Origin: Terriglobia bacterium
GTDB lineage: Bacteria > Acidobacteriota > Terriglobia > Versatilivoradales > Versatilivoraceae
Length of the DNA: 64,000 bases
Direction of reading: 5' to 3'
Assembly: GCA_965215235.1 (NCBI GenBank)
Contig: OZ244053.1
Span: 5,063,879-5,127,878, forward strand
Shown here: piece after piece, positions 49,517 to 59,254 of the stretch
Layout: each line of letters opens with the position of its first letter
Position numbering within the stretch: position 1 is the stretch's first letter
Made by a program: the position numbers and the translations under genes
Notes under the pieces: generated by a model
Database searches by the model: none
The model's input: only the letters and a program-made list of their open reading frames with translations
What the model was told of the DNA's origin: nothing

Positions 49517-50476
49517 ATGGTGAAAGTTGTCCTCGATTACGATGCAGGCCATGGATTTGTTGCGGAGCTCAGGCGCTCCTTCCCGTCAGTAATTTTCTGC
49601 CCGGCCTATACCGAGGCCGATCAAGTCCGAGAAGTCGTGGGCGCCGAGGTTTACTTCGGCGCCATCACCCCTGCGGTTTTTCAGGCAGCCGACCGGTTGC
49701 GATGGTGTCACTTCGTTGGGGCTGGATTCGACAAGCTCGTTCGCGGCAATCCCGCCTTCGTCGCCAGTGACGTCATTTTGACCAACGCGCCGGGCACCCA
49801 TGCGATTGCCATGGCCGATCACGTCATGGCCGTGATTCTGGCCTTCGCCCACCGGCTGCCCGACATGATGGCCGATCAGCGAGAACATCACTGGGATTCA
49901 GGGAAGTATTTTAGTCAGGTGAGCGAGCTCCAGGGCACGACGATGGGTCTTCTGGCTTTAGGCGCCATTGGGCGGGCCGTAGCCGTGCGGGCAGAGAGCT
50001 TTGGCATCCAGGTTTATGCCGTAGACTTGAAACCCATGTCTCCGCCGCCGGGAGTCGTTGAGGTTTGGACGCTCGAAGGTCTGGAGCGGCTGCTTCGGAT
50101 CTCCGACTGGTTCGTGGTGACCGCGCCTCTCACCGATCAGACCCAAGGGATCCTTGGCCGGGAAAGGATCGGGCAGCTCAAGCACGGCAGCCATGTGATC
50201 GTCATCTCCCGGGGCGGCATTGTGGATGAGCCGGCGGTGGTGGAAGGACTAAGGTCAGGGCGCATTGCCGGCGCCGCTTTCGATGCCTTCCAAACCGAGC
50301 CCTTGCCGGCCGACAGTCCGTTCTGGGATATGCCCAACGTGCTGATTTCTCCTCACGTCTCTGGCGACTCACCTCAGACCTGGGAACGACGCCGTGAGAT
50401 CTTCAAGGAGAATTTGTCGCGGTACCTTAAGGGTGACTCTCTCCTGCATATTTGCGACAAGAGGGGCGGATACTGA
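49517..50476 (+). CDS. D-2-hydroxyacid dehydrogenase
   Basis: AGFD, TNAPG, ALGAIG, PLTDQT, ISRG, EPLP, SPHVSG. Confidence 0.93.
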   Translation: MVKVVLDYDAGHGFVAELRRSFPSVIFCPAYTEADQVREVVGAEVYFGAITPAVFQAADRLRWCHFVGAGFDKLVRGNPAFVASDVILTNAPGTHAIAMADHVMAVILAFAHRLPDMMADQREHHWDSGKYFSQVSELQGTTMGLLALGAIGRAVAVRAESFGIQVYAVDLKPMSPPPGVVEVWTLEGLERLLRISDWFVVTAPLTDQTQGILGRERIGQLKHGSHVIVISRGGIVDEPAVVEGLRSGRIAGAAFDAFQTEPLPADSPFWDMPNVLISPHVSGDSPQTWERRREIFKENLSRYLKGDSLLHICDKRGGY

Positions 50477-50641
50477 TCGGATTCCGGTGTCGCCGGCCCT
50501 GATCGAGAGACTGCCGGGGCATCGGCCCTCCGACCCTCTTTTCCAAACCCGCCGGCTTCATCGGGTCTCTGCTCCCGTCGTTCTCCTGGCCGCCAGGCTT
50601 TGGTGCTTGACCTGCGTCCGTCCTTATCCCATGATGACCCC

Positions 50642-52528
50642 ATGACCGGCAACTCCAACAAGAATGCCGCCGCCAGTCCCTCTCGAGAGAGTCTCACCGA
50701 CGCGGAGGTGGCATCCCCCAAAGACCGTTTCGTCCCACCCCATCCCGGTTCCAGGAAGATGCCGAGATGGAATGCCGGTGAGCTGATCGATGCGCCGAGA
50801 TTCGATCGGCGAAACTGGTACGCGTTTTTAGGCCCCGGATTGGTGGCCGGGGCAGGCGCCATTGGTGGCGGCGAGTGGCTCCTGGGGCCGCTGGTGACGG
50901 CCCGCTATGGAGGGGCCCTGTTGTGGTTGGCGACCCTCAGCATCCTGGCTCAGGGACTCTACAACATCGAAGTCAGCCGCTACACCCTCTACACCGGCGA
51001 GCCCATTTTCACCGGAAAGTTCCGGACTCTGCCCGGCCCGCAATTTTGGCTGATGGTCTACCTGATCCTCGATTTTGGGACCGTCTTTCCCTATTTGGCT
51101 GCGACGGCAGCCACTCCGGTCATGATCCTCTTGCTCGGCGGCCAGATGCCTGACCCGGAATCAGTCTCGTTGCACTGGTGGATGCACAAGTTCACCGCCA
51201 CCGGTATATTCGTTGCCAGCGTCATTCCGCTGATCTTTGGCGGAAAGGTCTACAACTCGCTGAAGGCGGTGATGTCTTTCAAGCTGGTGGCCGTGTTCGG
51301 CTTTTTGTTGATTCTTGCCGTTTTCTACTCGCGTCCGGCCACCTGGGCCGACATTGGAAGCGGCTTTTTCAAGTTTGGAACGGTCCCCGTGCTCAGCAAC
51401 GAGGATCGCAACGGCAACGGGAGACTCGACCCGGGCGAGGACTGGGACGGGGACGGCCACCTGGACGTCATCGAAAACAGGCTTGAGCCAACCATCGACT
51501 CCGATGGCGACGGCCGACCGGACACCTGGGAAAGAGGCCCTGAGGGGCAACTCGTCAAACATGAGGACTTGGACGGGGACGGCTATCTGGACGGCCCCAA
51601 CGTCGAAAACGTCTTCGTGTTCTGGTTGACTCGAGGGCACCTCCCCACGATCGATTTCACTTTGATCGCGTTCATTGCCGCCATGGCCGCCATCGCCGGC
51701 AACGGAGGGTTGGGCAATACCACAATCAGCAACTTCACCCGCGATCAGGGTTGGGGCATGGGACATCATGTGGGGGCCATTCCCAGCATGGTGGGGGGAC
51801 AGGGAATCAGTTTGTCTCATGTGGGGTCCGTTTTTGAGGTGGACCGGCGCTCGCTGCCTCGCTGGCGGCGATGGTATCGTCATGTCGTGCGTGACCAGTG
51901 CGTCATCTGGATTCCGGCCTGCTTCATTGGTCTGGCGCTGCCCAGCATGTTGTCGGTGGAATTTCTCCGCCGCGGCACGGAGGCGGACCGGTGGAATGCG
52001 GCCGCACTGACGGCCGAGGGCGTCGGCCGGCAGGTAGGGAACCCTCCCGATGGAGTCCTGGCAACCATGACGGGTCTTTCCCAGGTTCTGGGCGGCAGCT
52101 TGTGGGGGAATCTTTTCTGGGGTTCGACGCTCTTTTGCGGTTTCCTGGTCCTCGCTCCCAGTATGGTCGGAACCATCGACGGCATCGTTCGCCGGTGGCT
52201 GGATACTTTTTGGACTTCCAGTCCGAGTCTGAGGAAAGTGGATCCGGCCAGGATCGGCAAGATTTACTTTTGGCTGATTATGGCCTACTCCGTCCTGGGC
52301 TTGGTCATGCTCTGGTTGAATCCGCCGACCACGCTGATCAAATTGGCTACCATCTGCTTCAATTTCGCTCTCGGCATCAGTTGCTGCCACACACTCGTTC
52401 TCAACATCGTCCTGCTTCCGCCTGAGTTGAGGCCCGGTGGGTTCGTCCGGATCTCTATGGTCCTCAGTGGCATCTTCTTTTTCCTTCTGGGTTTAGTCGC
52501 CACACTCCGGGAGATCGGAATGCTTTAG
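50642..52528 (+). CDS. Nramp-superfamily transporter with an acidic Ca-binding-like loop
   Basis: GPGLVAGAGAIGGGEWLLGP, RYTLYTGE, RDQGWGMG; inserted DRNGNG/DWDGDG/DSDGDG/DLDGDG repeats. Confidence 0.8.
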   Translation: MTGNSNKNAAASPSRESLTDAEVASPKDRFVPPHPGSRKMPRWNAGELIDAPRFDRRNWYAFLGPGLVAGAGAIGGGEWLLGPLVTARYGGALLWLATLSILAQGLYNIEVSRYTLYTGEPIFTGKFRTLPGPQFWLMVYLILDFGTVFPYLAATAATPVMILLLGGQMPDPESVSLHWWMHKFTATGIFVASVIPLIFGGKVYNSLKAVMSFKLVAVFGFLLILAVFYSRPATWADIGSGFFKFGTVPVLSNEDRNGNGRLDPGEDWDGDGHLDVIENRLEPTIDSDGDGRPDTWERGPEGQLVKHEDLDGDGYLDGPNVENVFVFWLTRGHLPTIDFTLIAFIAAMAAIAGNGGLGNTTISNFTRDQGWGMGHHVGAIPSMVGGQGISLSHVGSVFEVDRRSLPRWRRWYRHVVRDQCVIWIPACFIGLALPSMLSVEFLRRGTEADRWNAAALTAEGVGRQVGNPPDGVLATMTGLSQVLGGSLWGNLFWGSTLFCGFLVLAPSMVGTIDGIVRRWLDTFWTSSPSLRKVDPARIGKIYFWLIMAYSVLGLVMLWLNPPTTLIKLATICFNFALGISCCHTLVLNIVLLPPELRPGGFVRISMVLSGIFFFLLGLVATLREIGML

Positions 52529-52739
52529 ACGGAAGTCGGCCCGCGGGCGTGATGACTGGCGCCGTCGGCCCGCAATGGACCTGCTCAGGGGTAGGCGTGG
52601 TTGTCGGAATCCGCCTGGAACGGGACGTTTCGAACGATAAAGTTGGCCCCAAGGGGGCTGAGTGTTGCGCTTGGCTTGGAAGGGCCCTGTCATCTATCAT
52701 TGAGCTTACAGGGAACCTGTAACGAAGGGAGTGTCAGAG

Positions 52740-53747
52740 ATGCCGTCCAAAGGAAGCAGCCGCAGACGATTGCTGGGAGCTGGCTTGGGGAGTTTGCTGG
52801 GGTCCGCCTTTATGAGTCGTTGTGGTTACACCAAGCCACCGGCGACGGAAAACCCCTGGAGATCCGCTTACCAACTGGATGCCTCCAGACGACGCGTCTC
52901 CGGGAGTGAAGAGGAACTGGCAACAGCCATCCGCCGGGGCGCTGATCTGCGTATCCGGACGGAATTCAAAAACAACGAGCACATCGATACCCGTTCGGAC
53001 AATTCGGAGCTGATTCAGGAAGTTGCAGAGTTCGCCGGGACTTACTTGATCGAGGATCGCTGGGTGGCTGGAATCATGACCTTGCGCCAGCCGATCAGCT
53101 TGCCGGACGGTTTTGGGTCGAGGCCGTCCATGTCTTTCTTCCTATACAACCAGAACGGCCAGCAGGCAATCGCTCGCCCCTTTCTGGATGGTGAAGAGGC
53201 CGTGGCCGAACCGGGGCCATCGGAACCGGACGACCACAGCGCCATGCCCAAGTACCACCAACTGGACAGTTGGGACAAGGGGACCAATGCCCCCAGCAGC
53301 AACTTCATTTACGATTTCGATCTCTTTCACTTCTTGGTGAGAGACGATTGGGAACAGGTGTTGGCTCACACCGCTGAGGGAAAGATCCTCTCTGGATCTC
53401 AGGAGGACCTGGGCCGAAAAGTTGCTGAGGGAAAGGAAGTCAAAATCGCCGTCGGCGGTCTCTGCGCCGATCTCGCCAAGCATCCTGAAGAAAGCATCGA
53501 CCATGAAGTTTTCGTCAAGACCGGATCCTGCTACTACTATACGGAACAAAAACTCTTCATTGCCGGAACCCATCCGCTGGTTCGGGTCAAGCCGGGGGCG
53601 CCGCTGGCGTATCGGAGTCGGGGGTGGGACTTCGGATGGCTGATGGCCCGCACTGACGGGTTTGTGGCCCGCCTGCTGCTGAACCCCTACACCCTACGGT
53701 TTGAAAGGAGCCAGGGGCGCTATCCCATCCGCTGGTTTGTGCGTTAA
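52740..53747 (+). CDS. Tat-exported hypothetical protein with an internal duplication
   Basis: SRRRLL signal; two W...SGS.E.L...G...I repeats. Confidence 0.7.
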   Translation: MPSKGSSRRRLLGAGLGSLLGSAFMSRCGYTKPPATENPWRSAYQLDASRRRVSGSEEELATAIRRGADLRIRTEFKNNEHIDTRSDNSELIQEVAEFAGTYLIEDRWVAGIMTLRQPISLPDGFGSRPSMSFFLYNQNGQQAIARPFLDGEEAVAEPGPSEPDDHSAMPKYHQLDSWDKGTNAPSSNFIYDFDLFHFLVRDDWEQVLAHTAEGKILSGSQEDLGRKVAEGKEVKIAVGGLCADLAKHPEESIDHEVFVKTGSCYYYTEQKLFIAGTHPLVRVKPGAPLAYRSRGWDFGWLMARTDGFVARLLLNPYTLRFERSQGRYPIRWFVR

Positions 53748-53816
53748 AGGAGCCGTGTCCTCCCAGGTTGGTGAAGCGCCGGCGGATCCATGGCTTGCAG
53801 GAGGGAAATTCCCTGA

Positions 53817-54578
53817 TCAACCCCGGACGCTTTGCAGGTACCGTTGCACGGATTGCTTCAGTAGCGACTCCAGGTTGATGCTGATATAGCGTGCCCCTCG
53901 GGCGCGCCATTGTTGAGCGGCCCGGGCGTTGGCCGCCATAATGCCCAGCGCCACCTTGGAGTTACCGACTCCGGCGAGGATTTCCTGGAGGCACTGCCGC
54001 ATTTTGGGATGCTCGGGCTGCCCCGGCGCTCCCAGGGAATGGGACAGGTCGGTACGCCCGACGTTCACCACGTCGACTCCCTCCACCGCCAGAATCTTCG
54101 GTAGTTGCCGGACGGCCTCTGCCGTCTCAACGTAGAGGACGACCAGGATTTCTTCATTGGCCTGCCGGACATACTCCCCGAAGGGACGGCCCTGGGCATA
54201 GTCGGCCGCGCGAGACCCCGACAGCCCCCGATTCCCCTGGGGATGAAACTTGATGGCAGCCACCGCCCGTTTGGCCTCGGCCGCGGAGTTGACCTGGGGA
54301 ACGATGATGCCCTGGGCGCCGGTGTCCAGAAAGCGCAGAATGATGGATGGTGAATTGGTGGTGACCCGCACGATCGGCGTGATGCCATTCAGCTCGGCGG
54401 CCCTCACCATGTTTTCACAGGCGCGCGGGTCAAGCCGGCCGTGCTCGCTTTCCAGGACCACAAAATCCCAACCCAGAGGGGCAAGCATCTCGACCAGACT
54501 CGGATCGGGATAGCGAACGAAGCAGCCGAAGACCGTCTCTCCTCTTTTGAGCTTGGCTTTGGTCCGATTGACCTGCAA
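53817..54578 (-). CDS. HpcH/HpaI aldolase family
   Basis: ESEHG, LDTGAQGIIVP, VET, GRTDLS.SLG. Confidence 0.92.
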   Translation of the reverse strand: MQVNRTKAKLKRGETVFGCFVRYPDPSLVEMLAPLGWDFVVLESEHGRLDPRACENMVRAAELNGITPIVRVTTNSPSIILRFLDTGAQGIIVPQVNSAAEAKRAVAAIKFHPQGNRGLSGSRAADYAQGRPFGEYVRQANEEILVVLYVETAEAVRQLPKILAVEGVDVVNVGRTDLSHSLGAPGQPEHPKMRQCLQEILAGVGNSKVALGIMAANARAAQQWRARGARYISINLESLLKQSVQRYLQSVRG

Positions 54579-54652
54579 ATGGACTTCCTTTCGGCGCGGC
54601 GATGCCCCTTGGCGGTCTGGAGTGCGCTCCTTGCCAGGGTTGGTTCAGCGAA

Positions 54653-55642
54653 TCATCCTCGAATCATCGACCTTCCCGGGTAAAGGAGCCATCCTGTCCG
54701 GTCGGTCTTTATCTGGTAAACCCGGCCACAGACGGAGGTGAGATAGAGCGTCTGCAGATCACGATCTCCCCAGCTACAGTTGGTGGGTCGAGCGCAAGGG
54801 GTCGGGTGCTTTTCCAGGATATGCCCTCGGGGATCGAAAACGTAAATCATTCCTCTGGGACCGCTCTTCTCCCAACCGGCCGCGGCCACAATGTTACCTT
54901 CCACGTCCAGGCACATGCCGTCGATGCCGCGGTGGGGAGCAAAATCGTGGAGGACCGAACAGGGTCCGAGGGTGTCGTTCTCCAAAATGGGGTAGGCTCT
55001 CAACTGCCGGTCTCGGTTGAAGTCGCTCTCCGCAACGTAGAGCCTCTTGAGGTCCGGTGTGACCAGCAGACCGTTGGGGCGGGCGGTGTCACAGGTCACC
55101 CTTTGGATGGCCCAACCTCCTTCGGCTCGCGGTTCCAGTCGGTAGACCGACTTGTGGTTCAGCTCCGCCGGGCCGATGAGCTCAGCCCAGTGACTGCTGT
55201 AGTCGGGGTCGGAGAACCAGATGCGACCTTTGCGGTCAATAGCCAGATCGTTGGGACTGTTGAGCCTCTTTCCCTCGAACGAGTCGGCGATGACCGTCCG
55301 GGTTCCGTCCGGGTGGTAACAGGCGATACATCGACCCGCAGCTTCGCAAGCGAAGAGACGGCCCTGCCTGTCGAACATCAGTCCGTTGGCCAAGTGGGTT
55401 CCCTGGCGGTGGATTTCCGTCTTTTGCGATTGAGGGTTGTATCTCAGCACCAGACTGTTGGGAATGTTGGTGAACAGCAGGGCGTCCCCATCCCAGGCAG
55501 GCCCTTCGGTAAGACCGAAGGGACCAGCGACCTGGTTAAACTGCCAGTCGGCGGAAGTTGCCAAGCGGACCTCCTCATTGGTGAGTCGAACTTCGCTGGC
55601 CGGAGTCGTGAACCCCTCTTCGAGGCGCAGTGCTGAACCCAA
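54653..55642 (-). CDS. SMP-30/gluconolactonase family; start uncertain
   Basis: TEGPAW, NGL, NSPND, FSDP, PNG, DGM, PTNCSWG. Confidence 0.92.
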   Translation of the reverse strand: MGSALRLEEGFTTPASEVRLTNEEVRLATSADWQFNQVAGPFGLTEGPAWDGDALLFTNIPNSLVLRYNPQSQKTEIHRQGTHLANGLMFDRQGRLFACEAAGRCIACYHPDGTRTVIADSFEGKRLNSPNDLAIDRKGRIWFSDPDYSSHWAELIGPAELNHKSVYRLEPRAEGGWAIQRVTCDTARPNGLLVTPDLKRLYVAESDFNRDRQLRAYPILENDTLGPCSVLHDFAPHRGIDGMCLDVEGNIVAAAGWEKSGPRGMIYVFDPRGHILEKHPTPCARPTNCSWGDRDLQTLYLTSVCGRVYQIKTDRTGWLLYPGRSMIRG

Positions 55643-55668
55643 GGACCCTGAGCCGTTGGGTCAATTTC

Positions 55669-57045
55669 TCAAATCCGGCTCGACGTCCCGCCGCTTGAGT
55701 TGGCGGAGCGTGGTTCGGCAAAATAACTTTTGGTTTCAGCCAGAATGACTCCGCTCAATCCCAGTAGCCCGATCAGGTTGGGGAGGACCATCCCTCCGTT
55801 GGTGACGTCCAACAGAGACCACACGGTTTCCAAAGAGAGAATCGACCCCAGGAACGTCAAGCAAACCCAGATCAAGCGATAGTAGGGCACGAAGCGGACA
55901 TGGCCGAAGAGGTACTCCAGCGCCTTCTCGGCGTAATAGTTGGCGCCCAGGATGGTCGAATAAGCGAAAAGAGGCAGCGTCAGAGCGACAATCACATCCC
56001 CGTGCAGCCAGGGAAGCCCTTCTCGAAAGGCGGCAGCCGTCAGTGCGGCGCCGTTCGCCCCGCTTTTCCAGGCCCCCATTCCGACAATAACAAATCCGGT
56101 CACCGAACACACCACCAGCGTATCGATAAAGGTCTGCGTCATGGAAACCAGAGCCTGAGTTACGGGATGGCGCGTTTGAGCGGCTGCGGCGGCAATGCCG
56201 GCGGCGCCCATGCCGCTCTCGTTGCTGACGACGCCACGAGCCACCCCGTAGCGGATCGCTTTCAGGATTGTGGCGCCGACAAATCCTCCGACCGCCGCGG
56301 CTGGCGAAAAGGCCCCTTGGAAGATCTCCGCCAAGACCGAAGGGATAACGCGCCAGTGAAGAATCAGCACAAGGCCGCCGGCCAGGGAATAGATAACGAT
56401 CATGCTCGGCGCCAGTGCGCTGGCTACCCGAGCAATCGTGTGGATGCCGCCGAGGATGACGACCGCGGTCGCCGCCGCGGTGGCGATTCCGCTCCAGAGG
56501 GTTGGCGCTCCCAATGCAGCCCGCAGGGCGTCAGCCACCGAGTTGGACTGCACCATGTTTCCGCCGACGGTGAGGGTGAACACTGCGAAGACGGCAAACA
56601 ACGCCGCCAGCCCTCTTTGATTGAGCCCGCGGCCCAGGTAATACATCGGTCCCCCCGACATCTCGCCGCGCTGATCAACGATTCGATACTTGACTCCCAG
56701 AAGGGCTTCGGCAAATTTGGTTGCCATGCCGACCAGGCCCGTCACCCACATCCAGAACAGAGCGCCAGGACCTCCTGCCGCAATGGCGGTGGCTACCCCG
56801 GCAATATTTCCCGTCCCCACCGTGGCCGACAGGGCCGTCATCAAGGCTTGGAAGTGGGAGACGTCCCCCTCCCCTCCCTGCTCCTTGCGAGTGACCAGGG
56901 CCAGATAGAGGGAGGGTAGCAGCTTGCGAAACTGGAGTCCTCGCAAACGAATGGAAAGAAAAAGTCCCGTGCCAACGGTCAAAACCAGCATCGGAGGTCC
57001 CCATACGATGTCGGACAGTGCCTTCAAGGTATCTTGCAGACTCAT
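55669..57045 (-). CDS. Alanine/glycine:cation symporter (AGCS)
   Basis: [46 protein letters not shown]. Confidence 0.95.
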   Translation of the reverse strand: MSLQDTLKALSDIVWGPPMLVLTVGTGLFLSIRLRGLQFRKLLPSLYLALVTRKEQGGEGDVSHFQALMTALSATVGTGNIAGVATAIAAGGPGALFWMWVTGLVGMATKFAEALLGVKYRIVDQRGEMSGGPMYYLGRGLNQRGLAALFAVFAVFTLTVGGNMVQSNSVADALRAALGAPTLWSGIATAAATAVVILGGIHTIARVASALAPSMIVIYSLAGGLVLILHWRVIPSVLAEIFQGAFSPAAAVGGFVGATILKAIRYGVARGVVSNESGMGAAGIAAAAAQTRHPVTQALVSMTQTFIDTLVVCSVTGFVIVGMGAWKSGANGAALTAAAFREGLPWLHGDVIVALTLPLFAYSTILGANYYAEKALEYLFGHVRFVPYYRLIWVCLTFLGSILSLETVWSLLDVTNGGMVLPNLIGLLGLSGVILAETKSYFAEPRSANSSGGTSSRI

Positions 57046-57258
57046 GGACGTCCTTCAGAAAGCCGGAGGCCCAATGGACCCGGCCGTTGCCGGAGGCCAG
57101 CTACGGCTCGATGACCTGAGCGGCTCCAGTGTAACCTCCTTTTGTGAAGCGCTTAAGCTGAAGTCCCACCCCGGAGGAATTCTGGTTGAGCGGTGTTGGG
57201 TGTGTTCAGGGTAAAGGGTGAGACTTGAGAACGGAGTTCTACCATTGCGGGGCGGTGA

Positions 57259-59248
57259 ATGTCACTGCCCCACAAGCCATCGACTCGCCTTGACCCGCAG
57301 GGAAACCTCAGGGTAAATTATAGGCTGTGTTTCCAGCCTAACTTGCTGACACGGGAGCTACCGGTGCCCAAACTCCCCCATGGTCGAGCCTCCGCGAACG
57401 GTTCCTTCCACTCACGGAGCAGATGGAAGTGGGTTTTGGCTATGGTGGGGCTGATGCTCTGTTTGGGGAACAGGTCCGGTTCCGTCATGTACTCCAGTGA
57501 AGAGTCCAGAGAGGCTCTGGAACCGTCGCTCCTTTCGCTGTTTCCCGTCAGTGCCCAACGAGGGAAAGTCTTTGAGGCCGAAGTCCGGGGTAAGGGCCTC
57601 GAGAGTAGTTATGGAGTGTGGTTCGACACCCCGGGACTGAGCGGTGAGGTCACAAAGATCGAGGGGATGCAATTCCAGGAGAAGAAGGGGCTGCGGGCAC
57701 AGAAGGAGTGGGTTCAGGGCCAGCGCGTGTCATTGAGGGTGGAAGTGGGGGCGGAGGTCCGGTTGGGTAGACATGCGCTCCGGCTGGTTTCACCTTCAGG
57801 AGTCTCCAACTTGCTCTGGCTGGCTGTCATGGATGAACCGATCGCGATCGAGAAACCCCAACCGCACAGCCGTCCGGCGGAAGCCCAACCACTCAGGGTC
57901 CCGACCGTCATCAACGGAAAGCTCAGCCGGAATGGCGAGGTTGACTTCTACTCATTCAGGGCCTCGGGAGGTGAGGAGCTGGTGATCCGTGCCATTTCCA
58001 ACACCTCAGTCACAAAATTCGACGGCGTGCGGCTGACCCTCTACAAAGAGGGCGCAAGCTGGTTTGATCCTCATCGGCCCCGCCCGGCTGGCCTTTGCTC
58101 CGGATGCCCGAATCACCCACTTGTGCCGGGACTCCGGCCGATATCTGGTCGAGGTCAGCTCCACCCTCGGTGTCGGCGGACCCGATTTTTTCTACCAGCT
58201 TCGGATTGGAACGTCTGAGCAGTTCGATCCTCTCGAAGAAGACGTTGTTCTGACCGCCCTATCTCCCCTGGCCGATCTTCAGCGACCTTTTCGCAGAAAG
58301 CTGGACTTGGCCCGACTTGGCTGGTTGGGGTCGAGAACCATTCTTGGGGAAAACATCCAGGGGAACGGCAGTTCGCCAGGCAATCCCGAGGTCGGTGCGG
58401 CCGGCCTCACGGAGCGATCGAGTGCTTCCTCGGAGACTGAGCGGTCCTCAACCGCTGCCGAGGCGAAACCCCTGGCGGAAGTGGAACCCAACGATCAACC
58501 GGAGCGAGCCACAGAGATCCTCCTGCCTCGACTGCTGGAAGGCGCCATCCAGCGTCCCGGAGATGTAGACTGGTTCCGGTTTCAGGTTCAGCCCAAGGCT
58601 CGGCTCGCCTTCGAACTGGAGACCCCGCAGGCCGCGCCTCCCCAATTCAATCCCAGACTGGCCGTGCTGGATGCAGCGGGTGAGGAGTTGTTGACCAACT
58701 ACTTCAGAAAGATCGAAGGCGATGGCGATGATTGGGTACGTATCATCCAGGCCAAAACCCTCTACACCTTCGAGCGGGGTGGCGTCTATACTTTGCAGTT
58801 ACGGGATATCATCCCCCGTTTTGGCGAGTCTGAGTTTCGCTATCGCCTGCTGGTGAGGCCCCAGATACCCCATGTAGGCCAGATCGAGATGATTCCGGAG
58901 GTCGCGAACTTGAGACCGGGCCAAGCGGAAAAAGTGACCATTGTCACCCGGCAGGAAGAGGGATTTGGAGGTGAGGTCGTCTTTACTGCCGATGGCCTGC
59001 CCGACGACGTGAAGATTCTGCCGGGGGCTGAAGTTGAACCGGATACGGAGCCTCCTCTTCCCGAGATTCACAAGGAACGGTTTGTTCCCAAGAGCCAAAA
59101 GACGACGGTGCTGTTAATGGCGGGAGTTCGGGCGCCCTCCACCAGGATGCCCAAGCTGGTCCGCCTCAGCGCCCGTCCCGTAGTCGGGGGCAAGGTGGGG
59201 GCCGCGATTGCAGCCGGTGAGCTATTGGTCATGGTGCTGGGGGATTAA
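57259..59248 (+). CDS. PPC-domain exported protein; apparent +1 frameshift at 58076-58081; start uncertain
   Basis: Repeated E.EPND / G.I..PGDVD.FRF modules; the frames join as WFDPHRPARLAF. Confidence 0.8.
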
Positions 59249-59254
59249 TCCCAA

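Noticed and set aside
57046-57258. Glycine riboswitch upstream of the AGCS gene
   Set aside because: The conserved GGAGA / CCGAAG / CTCTCAGG elements were not found
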